Shown: positions 8,341-17,131 of the stretch, piece by piece
Layout of the letters: each line of letters starts with the position of its first letter
Position numbering within the stretch: position 1 is the stretch's first letter
Source: a virus
Taxonomy: Duplodnaviria; Caudoviricetes
Length of the DNA: 46,065 nt
Strand: one strand, 5' to 3'
Virus record (IMG/VR): IMGVR_UViG_3300043388_000014
Coordinates: 1-46,065 of that record
Position numbers and translations under genes: made by a program
Notes under the pieces: generated by a model
Seen by the model: only the letters and a program-made list of their open reading frames with translations
Database searches by the model: none
Told to the model about the DNA's origin: nothing

Positions 8341-9875
8341 CCGACCAACCGCTCCCCGCCTTCACCGACCGCGATGGCGACACTGTGAGTCTGCTCGGTC
8401 GCCTCGCCAACGGCGACGCCTATCCCGCCACCCTCGACGACCTAATTGACCAAGTGGCGGCGCTGAGTGCGGAGCAGCGAGCGGTGGTGCGCGAGGCCAT
8501 CCCGCGCGACCCTCTGGAGCGCGACCACGACCTGGCCACGGTCGTCCGCAAGGCTATCAACAACTGCGAAGGCCGCGAGAAAGGGACCGGCGTTCTCCTG
8601 GGGTTCGAGGCCGTTTATGACCTCGTCATGGGCCTGATGAGCGAGCGCGATGCCTACAAGCGCGCCAAGCAAGAGAACGACGAGCGTTTCATGGTCGAAC
8701 GCGACGATGCGCGCAAGGAACGCGACACGGCGATATCCGAACGCGACGCCGCCATCGGCGAAGCAACCCGCATCCGCCGGCGCGACGCCGAGCTGGTGCA
8801 GGGGTTGCTGGACGCGAAGGCTCGCATCGCCGAACTCGAGCGGGAAGCGGAGGGGATGAAGGCCCGCGCAGATGCGGCGAACAACAAGCTCGCTAGGTAC
8901 GACGAAATCGTCGCTCGGATGCGTCCGGTCGTCGAGGCGGCCCGGGCCGCTCAGAAGAACGCAGACTCTTACCTGCGATGCGTCAGTGAATTCTGTGAAT
9001 CGGGTGACAAGGGCGTGTGTCCGTGCGCGGGCGCTTGCGGCGAATGGCTGGGCCACCACGAGAGCACCAATGACAAGCTCGATTCCGCCCTCCGCGCCTT
9101 CGACGCCGGAACGCCCGCGGCGGAAGATATGAACGACGCCGAGCGGGCAGACGAGTGGCAACGTCAGTACACTGAAACTTGCGGGCAATTGGGTGATGCC
9201 CTGCGCGAGGCCGACAAGCTCCGCGCCGAAGTCACCACCCTGACCGGCTCGATCGAGGAGGCGAAGAGGCAGGTGGGGGAGACGGCCGAAGACTACAAGC
9301 ATTCGCGCGAGCAACGTGAGCAACTGGCGGAGCAGCTCAAGAGACTCATCGCCGAGAACGAAAAGCTGCGCGCTGAGGCGGCCACGGCGGCAGAGCGGCA
9401 ACGCGCGAGCGACGCCGACCTGCATACCCGCTGGCCGTACGTCCTGGTCAGCGCATGGCCCCTCGTCACCGACCCGAAGCCGCGGGAAGAGGCGAAGTGC
9501 GCGTACGATTGCGCCAAGTTCAGCGCGCACACCGATTGCCCCGTCCACGGCATCTCCCGCCCCGGCCAAGGCGCGCGCCCCGATTCCTGTCTCGAGTGCG
9601 GCTACCACGAGGGCATGCACCGCGAGTCACTGCCCGCATCGGAGTCGGCGAAGTGCTGGACTTGCGGGCGCTGGTATCGCTTGCCGCAGCCCGCCGTGGA
9701 GACGCCGCAAGATGACGGGGTATGCGCCGATGCCATCCTCGCCGCCCGCGCAGCGATCGAGGCGCTGTTCCGCCGAAACGTCGCCCTCCACACCGCGCTC
9801 AATGACATCGCCGTAGTTTCGGGAGACAACCCACGGGTGCGCGAGATTGTGGCGATGGCTAGGAGAGCGAAGTAG
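8337..9875 (+). CDS. Coiled-coil protein with several Cys/His clusters
   Basis: 512 aa; heptad-rich segments; CAYDC..HTDCPVH, CLECGYH, CWTCG. Confidence 0.7.
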   Translation: MTDQPLPAFTDRDGDTVSLLGRLANGDAYPATLDDLIDQVAALSAEQRAVVREAIPRDPLERDHDLATVVRKAINNCEGREKGTGVLLGFEAVYDLVMGLMSERDAYKRAKQENDERFMVERDDARKERDTAISERDAAIGEATRIRRRDAELVQGLLDAKARIAELEREAEGMKARADAANNKLARYDEIVARMRPVVEAARAAQKNADSYLRCVSEFCESGDKGVCPCAGACGEWLGHHESTNDKLDSALRAFDAGTPAAEDMNDAERADEWQRQYTETCGQLGDALREADKLRAEVTTLTGSIEEAKRQVGETAEDYKHSREQREQLAEQLKRLIAENEKLRAEAATAAERQRASDADLHTRWPYVLVSAWPLVTDPKPREEAKCAYDCAKFSAHTDCPVHGISRPGQGARPDSCLECGYHEGMHRESLPASESAKCWTCGRWYRLPQPAVETPQDDGVCADAILAARAAIEALFRRNVALHTALNDIAVVSGDNPRVREIVAMARRAK

Positions 9876-10211
9876 ATGGCGCACCCGCGGCATCTCGCGC
9901 TACTCAGGACCCTCCCGTGCGCCAAATGCATGAAGCCTGGCCCGTCAGAGGCGCACCATTCCACGGCGCACAGGAGGGGCATGGGCACGAAGGCGAATGA
10001 CCTGGACTCGTTTCCGCTATGCCTCCAGTGTCATCACGACTTCCACGACCTGGCTGGCAATGGACTATTCCGGGGCTGGGATAAGGCTGCTCGGAAGCTC
10101 TGGCAGCGGACCATGGCTGACCTCTATCGGCCGGCTCAGGAGGACGGCCAGGACGACGGCGACCAGGGTGAGGAAGGCCAGAGCGAAGACCCATGGGGGG
10201 AGATTTTTTAG
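9876..10211 (+). CDS. DUF968/Ref-like HNH-type nuclease
   Basis: LPCAKC...EAHH...GMGTKANDLDSFPLCLQCHHDFH. Confidence 0.75.
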   Translation: MAHPRHLALLRTLPCAKCMKPGPSEAHHSTAHRRGMGTKANDLDSFPLCLQCHHDFHDLAGNGLFRGWDKAARKLWQRTMADLYRPAQEDGQDDGDQGEEGQSEDPWGEIF

Positions 10212-10376
10212 ACTGACCCGGAGGCGCCCCGGATGGACGGACAGATCTGCCGAGGAGTCCCGGTCCTCCTGGTCGCGCCGCGCATTGACGAACTCCCGGA
10301 AGCGCTCCTCCAAGACGGCGACACGCCGCTCGAGGGCCTTGATGCGCCGCTCGTGGTCTCCGGGCCGCTCATGCAT
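10065..10376 (-). CDS. Coiled-coil plus single TM membrane protein (lysis cassette)
   Basis: MHERPGDHERRIKALERRVAVLEE...WVFALAFLTLVAVVLAVLL; start overlaps the upstream stop (ATGCATGA). Confidence 0.6.
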   Translation of the reverse strand: MHERPGDHERRIKALERRVAVLEERFREFVNARRDQEDRDSSADLSVHPGRLRVSLKNLPPWVFALAFLTLVAVVLAVLLSRPIEVSHGPLPELPSSLIPAPE

Positions 10377-10650
10377 CCGGATTGCGGCTGCCCTCGAGGA
10401 GGGTGATTCGCGCCTCCAGGAGGTCATGTTCTTGCTTGAGCTGGGCGATCTCGGCGTTGTCCTTGAGCATCTGGTCGAAGCACTTCTGAGCGATGTCATT
10501 GAGCTGGGTCACGAGTGTGGTCAGCGCCGCCACGTTCTTGTGAACGTCATCGAGCTTCTTCATCATGTCGACCCGCCATGCTTCATCTGGATCTGCCGGT
10601 GGAGGCATCGTAGCAGGCATAGGCATCTGTTCAGGGTCGAACTCGTCCAT
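10369..10650 (-). CDS. Coiled-coil hypothetical protein
   Basis: 93 aa with heptad pattern, directly after the endolysin. Confidence 0.65.
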   Translation of the reverse strand: MDEFDPEQMPMPATMPPPADPDEAWRVDMMKKLDDVHKNVAALTTLVTQLNDIAQKCFDQMLKDNAEIAQLKQEHDLLEARITLLEGSRNPDA

Positions 10651-10663
10651 GGGGTTTTATGCC

Positions 10664-11200
10664 TCACTCAACGGTCTGGATCCACGCATGCATTTCGGGC
10701 AGCTTCTCGAGCCAGGACGCTTGCGACTGCTCCGCCTTGAGGTACCGTCCTTCGCCCGCAGTGAAGTAACCCCCAGCTTTCAGGCCATGAACAAACCCCG
10801 CAAGGTCCCCGCGGGTCGCCGCGTCGATGGCGCCCTGGTAACGGTTCTTGGCGGGCGGCTTGGTCGCCACGCAGAGGTAGCGAACGAAGGCTCTCGCCCC
10901 GGAGATGAGGTCTGGGTAGGCGGCAAACCCCGCCTCCACGATGACCGCCTCGCCGTTGATGATCTCGTTCGCCCCTGGGATGGACTGGCTCTCCCCGTTC
11001 GGCCCATGCCCGCGGATGTTCCCCATATTGAATCGCCAGCAGGCGGTCCACCTCGCCGTCTCCAGGGCGCTTTGCGCCGCCAGGGCAAGGAGGAGCTTCG
11101 ACGGCATCTCTCCGCCGCATTCGAACTCGTAGGCCTCAGCGATAGCCTCGATGGCATCTCCGGGGGCGATCACTGTCCGAACGGCGGAGACACTACCCAT
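10664..11200 (-). CDS. Endolysin, GH73 glucosaminidase/FlgJ-like
   Basis: AQSALET...FNMGNIRG...FAAYPDL...LKAGGYFTA..Y motif set. Confidence 0.8.
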   Translation of the reverse strand: MGSVSAVRTVIAPGDAIEAIAEAYEFECGGEMPSKLLLALAAQSALETARWTACWRFNMGNIRGHGPNGESQSIPGANEIINGEAVIVEAGFAAYPDLISGARAFVRYLCVATKPPAKNRYQGAIDAATRGDLAGFVHGLKAGGYFTAGEGRYLKAEQSQASWLEKLPEMHAWIQTVE

Positions 11201-11232
11201 CCGGTCAGTCTACGCGCCTGCGCAGGCCAGGG

Positions 11233-11409
11233 CTAGTGCCCTGCGTCAGCCTCTACCAGCTTCTGCATCGCACGAGCGTTACAGGCTTCGTCCAGGGCCT
11301 TCTTGGCGTCCTGCTCGACCTTGGCGCGCTGCGCCGATGAGCACCCCATCGACAGCAGGAAGACCCAGCCGAGGATTCGCAGCATGCCTTTCGGCCCCGG
11401 GACCTTCAC
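11233..11409 (-). CDS. Small lipoprotein (o-spanin-like candidate)
   Basis: Translated by hand: MKVPGPKGMLRILGWVFLLSMG-C-SSAQRAKVEQDAKKALDEACNARAMQKLVEADAGH. Lipobox-like Cys; GTGA overlap with the previous gene. Confidence 0.6.
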   Translation of the reverse strand: MKVPGPKGMLRILGWVFLLSMGCSSAQRAKVEQDAKKALDEACNARAMQKLVEADAGH

Positions 11410-11570
11410 GGCTTGCCCCCGAAGGCTTCGACGATGCCCTTCAGATCGAGAGCAGCGCGCGCCAGAAAGCGCCCTACCGCGTTGGTGCGCGGCACGAGCA
11501 GGGCGAGGCCGGAAACGACGACGTAGGCGCCGCCGAGCGTGGAGAGAATTGTCGTCATGGTGGGGGACAT
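11406..11570 (-). CDS. Small membrane protein, holin candidate
   Basis: Translated by hand: MSPTMTTILSTLGGAYVVVSGLALLVPRTNAVGRFLARAALDLKGIVEAFGGKP (54 aa); upstream of the endolysin. Confidence 0.55.
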   Translation of the reverse strand: MSPTMTTILSTLGGAYVVVSGLALLVPRTNAVGRFLARAALDLKGIVEAFGGKP

Positions 11571-11579
11571 GGGGGCCTT

Positions 11580-12779
11580 TCAGTAGCCGAGCGCGGCGCG
11601 AATAGCCGGCTCTAGTTTTGCCATCCCTGTGGAGTTGGGGTGGATGTTGTCGGAGGCGTAATCGGTCACGAGAGTGAGCGTCGTGGACAGGTCAATGGTG
11701 AACGCGAATGCTGTTCGCGTGGAGACCGCCGAGTCGATCAGCAGGTTGTACCCATTTGGGGTGAGGCCGGCGGCATTCGGGGTCGTGTTGAATTCGGGGA
11801 TGCGGCACACGGCTACCGAAGCCCCGGGCACGTCCGCATGGAAGTTATCCAGCACGGTCGCGATGTCCGCGGAGAACGTCGCCGCCGCCCGGTTCAATGA
11901 GTAGTCGTTTACACCCAGGAAGATGATCAGCAGATTGCTGACCGTGCCGTCACATTGAGCGATGAGCGCCGCTCTGCGGAGCGGGTCGCTTGCCCACGTC
12001 CGCCACTCAAAGCCAGCAAGCGAATCGTTGATGACGCGCGCGCCACCCCATGAGCCCGACCCACTCGCTAGGACGTTCGCGCGCATTACCATGGGCCAAG
12101 CGTCGTAGGGAGCGGCATGGCCGACCGTGGTGATGACCTGCCCGCTGCTCAGAGAGTCGCCCACGACGACGATGCGCTTTGCCGGGGCTGTCGGTGACGC
12201 GATGCTCATTGAGCTCCCGTGCGGCACCTCGAAGTAGATAGCCGGCGTGCCGTGTTTAACCCCACCGGGGATATAACGCTGCCCGTCCACGATCTCAAAC
12301 GTGTGCGTCCCCGCCGCCCACCCGGATAGTCGCACAGTAGCCTGGTTGCCGATGCTGATCCCTAACTGGAACCCTGAGCCGAAGTTCACGCCGTCGACTA
12401 CCAGCCCGAGCGCGTGGAAACCCCCAGGGGTGTTCAGTAGCGCGTTCTGGAGCGTATCGTTGATGGCCTGCACGGAAATGCTGGTCGCGTCGCTCGTGAA
12501 GATGTAGCGCGCGTTTGCTTCCCTGTTCTGGTAGGGGAAGCCAAACGTGAACGAGGTCTGAGCGGAAACCACGCGCCGAGCGTCGTGGAGCTTCGTGGTG
12601 TCGATTACGTAGATGTCTGTTGTGGCTCTTGAGGTAGGCCCCCCAGAATTGGCTTTCGCCGTTTCCGAGGGGCCTACACGGCTACCCCCGGGTACATCGC
12701 CGCCGCAGCCGCCGAGAGTGCTGACAATTCCGCCCCAGATGGCAACCCAGAAAAGACCAAGACTGCGTAGAAGTCGCAT
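11580..12779 (-). CDS. SGNH/GDSL hydrolase (esterase) with lipoprotein-like N-terminus; start uncertain
   Basis: VVVGDSLS, FLGVNDY and DNIHPN catalytic blocks; MRLLRSLGLFWVAIWGGIVSTLGG-C. Confidence 0.8.
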   Translation of the reverse strand: MRLLRSLGLFWVAIWGGIVSTLGGCGGDVPGGSRVGPSETAKANSGGPTSRATTDIYVIDTTKLHDARRVVSAQTSFTFGFPYQNREANARYIFTSDATSISVQAINDTLQNALLNTPGGFHALGLVVDGVNFGSGFQLGISIGNQATVRLSGWAAGTHTFEIVDGQRYIPGGVKHGTPAIYFEVPHGSSMSIASPTAPAKRIVVVGDSLSSGQVITTVGHAAPYDAWPMVMRANVLASGSGSWGGARVINDSLAGFEWRTWASDPLRRAALIAQCDGTVSNLLIIFLGVNDYSLNRAAATFSADIATVLDNFHADVPGASVAVCRIPEFNTTPNAAGLTPNGYNLLIDSAVSTRTAFAFTIDLSTTLTLVTDYASDNIHPNSTGMAKLEPAIRAALGY

Positions 12780-13789
12780 GCCGCTGCCTGTGCTCCCGTG
12801 GACACGGCTCCCATGTTGAACCCCGCCGCTGGGTTGGAGTTGCCCAGAGCCGTACCCGTGGTGACGACAGAGCCAAGCTTTAGGTAGTCGCCGGTGGTGT
12901 TGTGGTAGTAGGCCTCGACGCGGGTTGGCGTAAGGAGAACAGCGCCGGAATTCACCGGGGGCACAGCCCCGGCGTTGAATGCGACGAGTTGCGGGGATGC
13001 CCCCGCGCCGGGGGTCGTGAGGCTCGTCGTCGCGAGCGTGGTGCCAGAAGAGAGTGGCGTCTTGCTCGCGACCCATGTGCGCTGCGTAAGCACAGCCCAA
13101 ATGAACGTGGGGACAGTCGCGGGAGCATTCAGGTCCAGCGTCGCGTCACGCAGGAAATCGTTGGAGCCGTCGGTTCTGATTGCCGTGCGCGTTCCAACAG
13201 CATTCGCGACGATAGCGGGCTGATTCCCTCCCGTGCCCTGGAGCGCAGCGACAGCGCTCTTTTGGTCCGTCCACGAATCGCAAAGCAGGCCTCCCGCGTC
13301 GTGCACCTGAAAGTCGCTCTGCCACGCGCGAAGGCACGTCACCGACGTCACCAGCGTGTGCAGCACCTCACCCATGTTGACGGTGATGCCCGCGCTCGTT
13401 GCCGCCTGAGCCGACCGAGTAGCCCTCGCCGTGAGCGTGTGCGCCCCGTCGGTTACGCCCGTCGGCGTCCACGTCGTCGAGTACGTCCCCGCGGGAGTGC
13501 CGACGCCCACGACCGTCGCGACGACGGTGACGCCATCGAGCAGCCAATCCATCTGGTCGAGGTTGGTGTCCGTCGTCGTCGCTGAGACGGTGACCGCGAT
13601 GGAGTTGAAGACGTTCGCGTTGTTTGTGGGGGCCGTGAGGGTCGGGATGGCAGGAGCCACGGGGCCTGCCCCTGAGTCCGGGTGCCTCGAGAGCCCCGCG
13701 TTCGACGGGCGCGCATTGACCGCGCTCGGGCGCTTGTTGGTCGCTGACGGCCTCGGGTTGACCGCTGACGGCTTCTTGGAGAGGGTCAC
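12674..13789 (-). CDS. Virion/tail protein with Ig-like and LamG/lectin-like domains
   Basis: PTLTAPTNNA...YSTTWTPTGVTDGAHTLTARAT (Big-like); SWTDQ..QGTGGNQP..TDGSNDFL. Confidence 0.65.
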   Translation of the reverse strand: MTLSKKPSAVNPRPSATNKRPSAVNARPSNAGLSRHPDSGAGPVAPAIPTLTAPTNNANVFNSIAVTVSATTTDTNLDQMDWLLDGVTVVATVVGVGTPAGTYSTTWTPTGVTDGAHTLTARATRSAQAATSAGITVNMGEVLHTLVTSVTCLRAWQSDFQVHDAGGLLCDSWTDQKSAVAALQGTGGNQPAIVANAVGTRTAIRTDGSNDFLRDATLDLNAPATVPTFIWAVLTQRTWVASKTPLSSGTTLATTSLTTPGAGASPQLVAFNAGAVPPVNSGAVLLTPTRVEAYYHNTTGDYLKLGSVVTTGTALGNSNPAAGFNMGAVSTGAQAAACDFYAVLVFSGLPSGAELSALSAAAAAMYPGVAV

Positions 13790-14175
13790 TACGCCCCCGG
13801 GCCGCGTTCACCCTGCAAGGCCGAAGCGACCCGGAAGACCGTCTGCGGCGTCGCCCCGTTGGTCCACTCGAGCTTCCAGTCGAGGTAGGGCTCGACGAGC
13901 CAGTCCGAAGGGTTCTCCGTCCCGGCCGAGGCTGCGGACACCGCAAGGGAGTCGATCTGAGTCCAGTTCTTCCCCCTGTCCTCGGAACTCCAGGACTTCA
14001 GGGTGCCGGCCTGGCTGTTGATGATGGTGACGTAGAGCCGGTGGAGCTGCGCCGTCGCGCAGAAGGCCGCCCCCATCTGTCCGCCACCCGCCGTCGTGTC
14101 GAAGATGCTCACCACCTCCGCGTTCCCAGGAAGGGCGGAGCCGGTGTACTTTACTCGGACGTTCTCTACGGGCAT
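13789..14175 (-). CDS. Hypothetical virion-associated protein
   Basis: GAGGA RBS; lies in the structural operon. Confidence 0.65.
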   Translation of the reverse strand: MPVENVRVKYTGSALPGNAEVVSIFDTTAGGGQMGAAFCATAQLHRLYVTIINSQAGTLKSWSSEDRGKNWTQIDSLAVSAASAGTENPSDWLVEPYLDWKLEWTNGATPQTVFRVASALQGERGPGA

Positions 14176-14182
14176 GACTTCC

Positions 14183-17131
14183 TCAGGGGCTTTGTTGCTG
14201 GGTCCGCTGAGCCAAGTCTAGCAGAGCCCGGGTAACGGGGTCGGAGATGACGCTGGATGCTCCCGCGAGAGGAGCGCCCTTGCCAAGAAACTGAGCGATG
14301 GGGTCGAGCTTGTACTGGTACTTGTGAGCGAGCTGAGCCGCTGCCCGCTCGGGGTTTGCCGAGGGAACACCGACGCCCTTCGGGGCGAGCTCTCCACCGT
14401 TCACCAGGCGGGAGGCGATGACATCCTTGATGGCACGCTCTCCCGTGAGAGCTCTCCTAGCGCCGGGGGCTGGCTCCAGAGTGACGACCCGGAGACCGCT
14501 CTCGTTCCGCTCTCCGACGATGCTCCACTTGGCCCCTTTAGGGATCAACGCTTCGGAGAATGTGTTGCTCCCATCCACGTGGTCCACGGGGACAGCCCCG
14601 CTATCGCCCGGGATTTCGAACAGCACCCCTCCGCGCCGGGCGAATGCCTCGGCCCCCTCAGGGTCTTTGCTCACGGACCAAGTGTTGATGTTCGTCCCGG
14701 TGCGTTTGATATGCTCCAGGTCATAAAGCTTCGCGCCTCGGTAGACCGGGCCGGAATATACAGCGCCCAAGTCCTGGGCTTTCCGGATGAAGTGGTTCAC
14801 TCGGTCGCTGTCAGCGTTTGGGACGCCTGCCCGCTCGGCTCGACTGATGGCGCGCCGCTGCCCGTTCAGGAAGTGAAGAATCGAGGCAAGGTCGCCGTTC
14901 GCTACCTGACCGGATTGCTTTCCGGCCACGTCGAAGTCGCTCCCGGAGCGGCGGGCCAGATCCATCACAGCCGCCGTCCTGTTCGTCTCTCCGACGCCAG
15001 GCCCTATACCAAAGAGTGCTTGCCCTGCCTTATCCTGCTGGAGAATGTCGGTCGGGTCGAATCGCTCGGAAGGCATCCCGGCATGCTTCATCAATCGCTG
15101 CATGCCGGAGAGCTGCTGCGAATGAGCGTGAGCCATGGCGCTCCGCCCCGTCAGGGTGATGGGGCTCCCGTCGGGGCCCGTGATGCTCACGTCGGGGTAC
15201 TTGTCGGTGATGCCGGGTACCGGAGGGAACTGGTCGCGGACCTCTCGAGCTGCCCGGGGGAGCTTCTTAAAAGCGGGGTCTGCCCTGCCGGCGCCCTCCG
15301 CCTCAGAGATGCCCGCGGCGCGGTCCACGGCAGCCAGGACCTCGTCGGCGGCTCGAGCGTCGAGCTCCTTCGGGAGGAAGACCACCGAATGGCTGGTCGG
15401 GTCCAATGCGCCCGCCGCCGCTCTCTGCTGACCGTTGGTCAGAGGCGGACGAGGAGGGGCCATGCCGGGGTTCAGCATCTCCCCGAGATGCTCCAGCGAA
15501 GCGCGCTGCTCGGTCATCGACCGGATACCGGGGATTGGCCCCGCGCCGGACGGCCCCGCAGCGTCGAGATAGGCCTGCGCGGCCGCGTCGTCTGCGCCTG
15601 GAGGCATCGTAGCGCCCTCGTTTCTGGCTTGGCGCCCGATGAAGCGTAGCTCTTGCCCCTTGTCGACCATGCCGGAGGCGATGGCCTCGTCTACGGGGAC
15701 GCGGACGCCGCCCTGCGCCTCGAGTGCCGCCGCCTCGTGGTTCGGGACCAGAACAGCTTCCGCCGTCCGGTGGAGTTCCTTTCGGAGAGGGGCATTGTTG
15801 ACCATCGGCAGGTCGCCGCCCTCCTCGGAGCCGTAGCTTCGGGACTTGATGAGTTCGACGAGGGACTTCGTCATTGGCGTCATCTTCGCCTTGATGCCCT
15901 TCGTGGCCGCGTAATAGCGCTCGGTCTCCGCCTCGATGGGGGACACCGTTCCCTCGATCTTCGCCGCCGCACCCTGCGCGATGAGCGGCTTCGCCCGGTT
16001 CACCGCGTTGTCCGTGGGGTGCTCGAAGGGGCCCCCGCTACGGACCAGCTCCTCGAGGGTAGGGGGGAGCTTGAGCCCGTTCGGGGCCGTGACGGACGTC
16101 TCCCCGCCGGTCTCCTCGAAAGCCCTCAGTGCCCGACCTGCGCTGGTCGTCGGGGTCCTCAGTCCGCGAGAGAACCCCTGCGCTGCCCCGGGCACAGCGC
16201 CCATGAGCCCCCCGAAGAGCATGCTCGCGGGAAGACCCGTCACCGTATCCGCGAGACGGTCGCCCGCTTCCCCGGGCTTGTACTGGCTCCGGAGGATGTC
16301 CTCCGCGAGTTTGCTGCCCTGGTTCGTCGCGAGGCCTCCCGCGCCGAGTGCCGCGCCGCTGAGGATGCCCTTGCCGAGCCCAGCGATGATGCCTTCGGGC
16401 TTGCCCGTGATGGCATGAGCGACCTTCCCCGCCACGGATACGGGGTTCATCGTCCCGGCAATCTCCGCCGCCGCTCTGCCCACTGGGCCAATGGAGTCGC
16501 TTGCCTCGTCGAGGTACTTTCCCGCCGAAGGGGAAACAGCGCCCGCCGCGCCGCGCGCGAGAGAACTCGCCCCGGGAACAGCCATGCCATCGAGGTAGGA
16601 CTGACCTACCCCGGCCAGCCCCTTGGTGAACCTCTGGGAGGCGTCGACTTCGCCGGCCGCCTTGCCCTCTTCGAACTGCTCGTCGAAGCTCTTCTTGGAA
16701 CGCTCCGCGGTGAAGCTCGGTTTGCTCGGGGCCTCTGCCGCCTTCCGGCTGATAGGGAGGCCCTTTTGCGCGGCGTCGTCGTAGGCTTTCGCCCAAGCTT
16801 CGTCCTTGAAATCCTGGTAGGCGGACGCTTCGTCGTCTCCGGGAGTGAGTTTCTTCGTCTTGCGGAAGTCCTCGATGGAGGGGTCCGCGTGGGTCGTCGC
16901 GATGCCGCCGAGCATCTCGGGGAGCAGGGTCCGGAGACCCATCATCCCGCCGGCGCGGTGCGTGGGAGTGAACGAGGAATCCCGCTGGAGGGCTGCCCTC
17001 TTGCCCTCGTGGTCGTGATAGGCGGAGAGGTCCATCGCCATCTTCACGACGTCCGGGTCGTCCGGGTTCGATTTGATGTAGCGATCCACCTCGCCCGCGT
17101 CGTCCGCCGTCCATGCGCTCGGGGGCTTCAC
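14183..17131 (-). CDS. Large internal virion/ejection protein with C-terminal ADP-ribosyltransferase-like domain
   Basis: 982 aa, A/G-rich, last gene of the ejection cluster; VYRG...WSVSKDPEGAEAFA..GVLFEI...FSEALIPKG. Confidence 0.7.
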   Translation of the reverse strand: MKPPSAWTADDAGEVDRYIKSNPDDPDVVKMAMDLSAYHDHEGKRAALQRDSSFTPTHRAGGMMGLRTLLPEMLGGIATTHADPSIEDFRKTKKLTPGDDEASAYQDFKDEAWAKAYDDAAQKGLPISRKAAEAPSKPSFTAERSKKSFDEQFEEGKAAGEVDASQRFTKGLAGVGQSYLDGMAVPGASSLARGAAGAVSPSAGKYLDEASDSIGPVGRAAAEIAGTMNPVSVAGKVAHAITGKPEGIIAGLGKGILSGAALGAGGLATNQGSKLAEDILRSQYKPGEAGDRLADTVTGLPASMLFGGLMGAVPGAAQGFSRGLRTPTTSAGRALRAFEETGGETSVTAPNGLKLPPTLEELVRSGGPFEHPTDNAVNRAKPLIAQGAAAKIEGTVSPIEAETERYYAATKGIKAKMTPMTKSLVELIKSRSYGSEEGGDLPMVNNAPLRKELHRTAEAVLVPNHEAAALEAQGGVRVPVDEAIASGMVDKGQELRFIGRQARNEGATMPPGADDAAAQAYLDAAGPSGAGPIPGIRSMTEQRASLEHLGEMLNPGMAPPRPPLTNGQQRAAAGALDPTSHSVVFLPKELDARAADEVLAAVDRAAGISEAEGAGRADPAFKKLPRAAREVRDQFPPVPGITDKYPDVSITGPDGSPITLTGRSAMAHAHSQQLSGMQRLMKHAGMPSERFDPTDILQQDKAGQALFGIGPGVGETNRTAAVMDLARRSGSDFDVAGKQSGQVANGDLASILHFLNGQRRAISRAERAGVPNADSDRVNHFIRKAQDLGAVYSGPVYRGAKLYDLEHIKRTGTNINTWSVSKDPEGAEAFARRGGVLFEIPGDSGAVPVDHVDGSNTFSEALIPKGAKWSIVGERNESGLRVVTLEPAPGARRALTGERAIKDVIASRLVNGGELAPKGVGVPSANPERAAAQLAHKYQYKLDPIAQFLGKGAPLAGASSVISDPVTRALLDLAQRTQQQSP

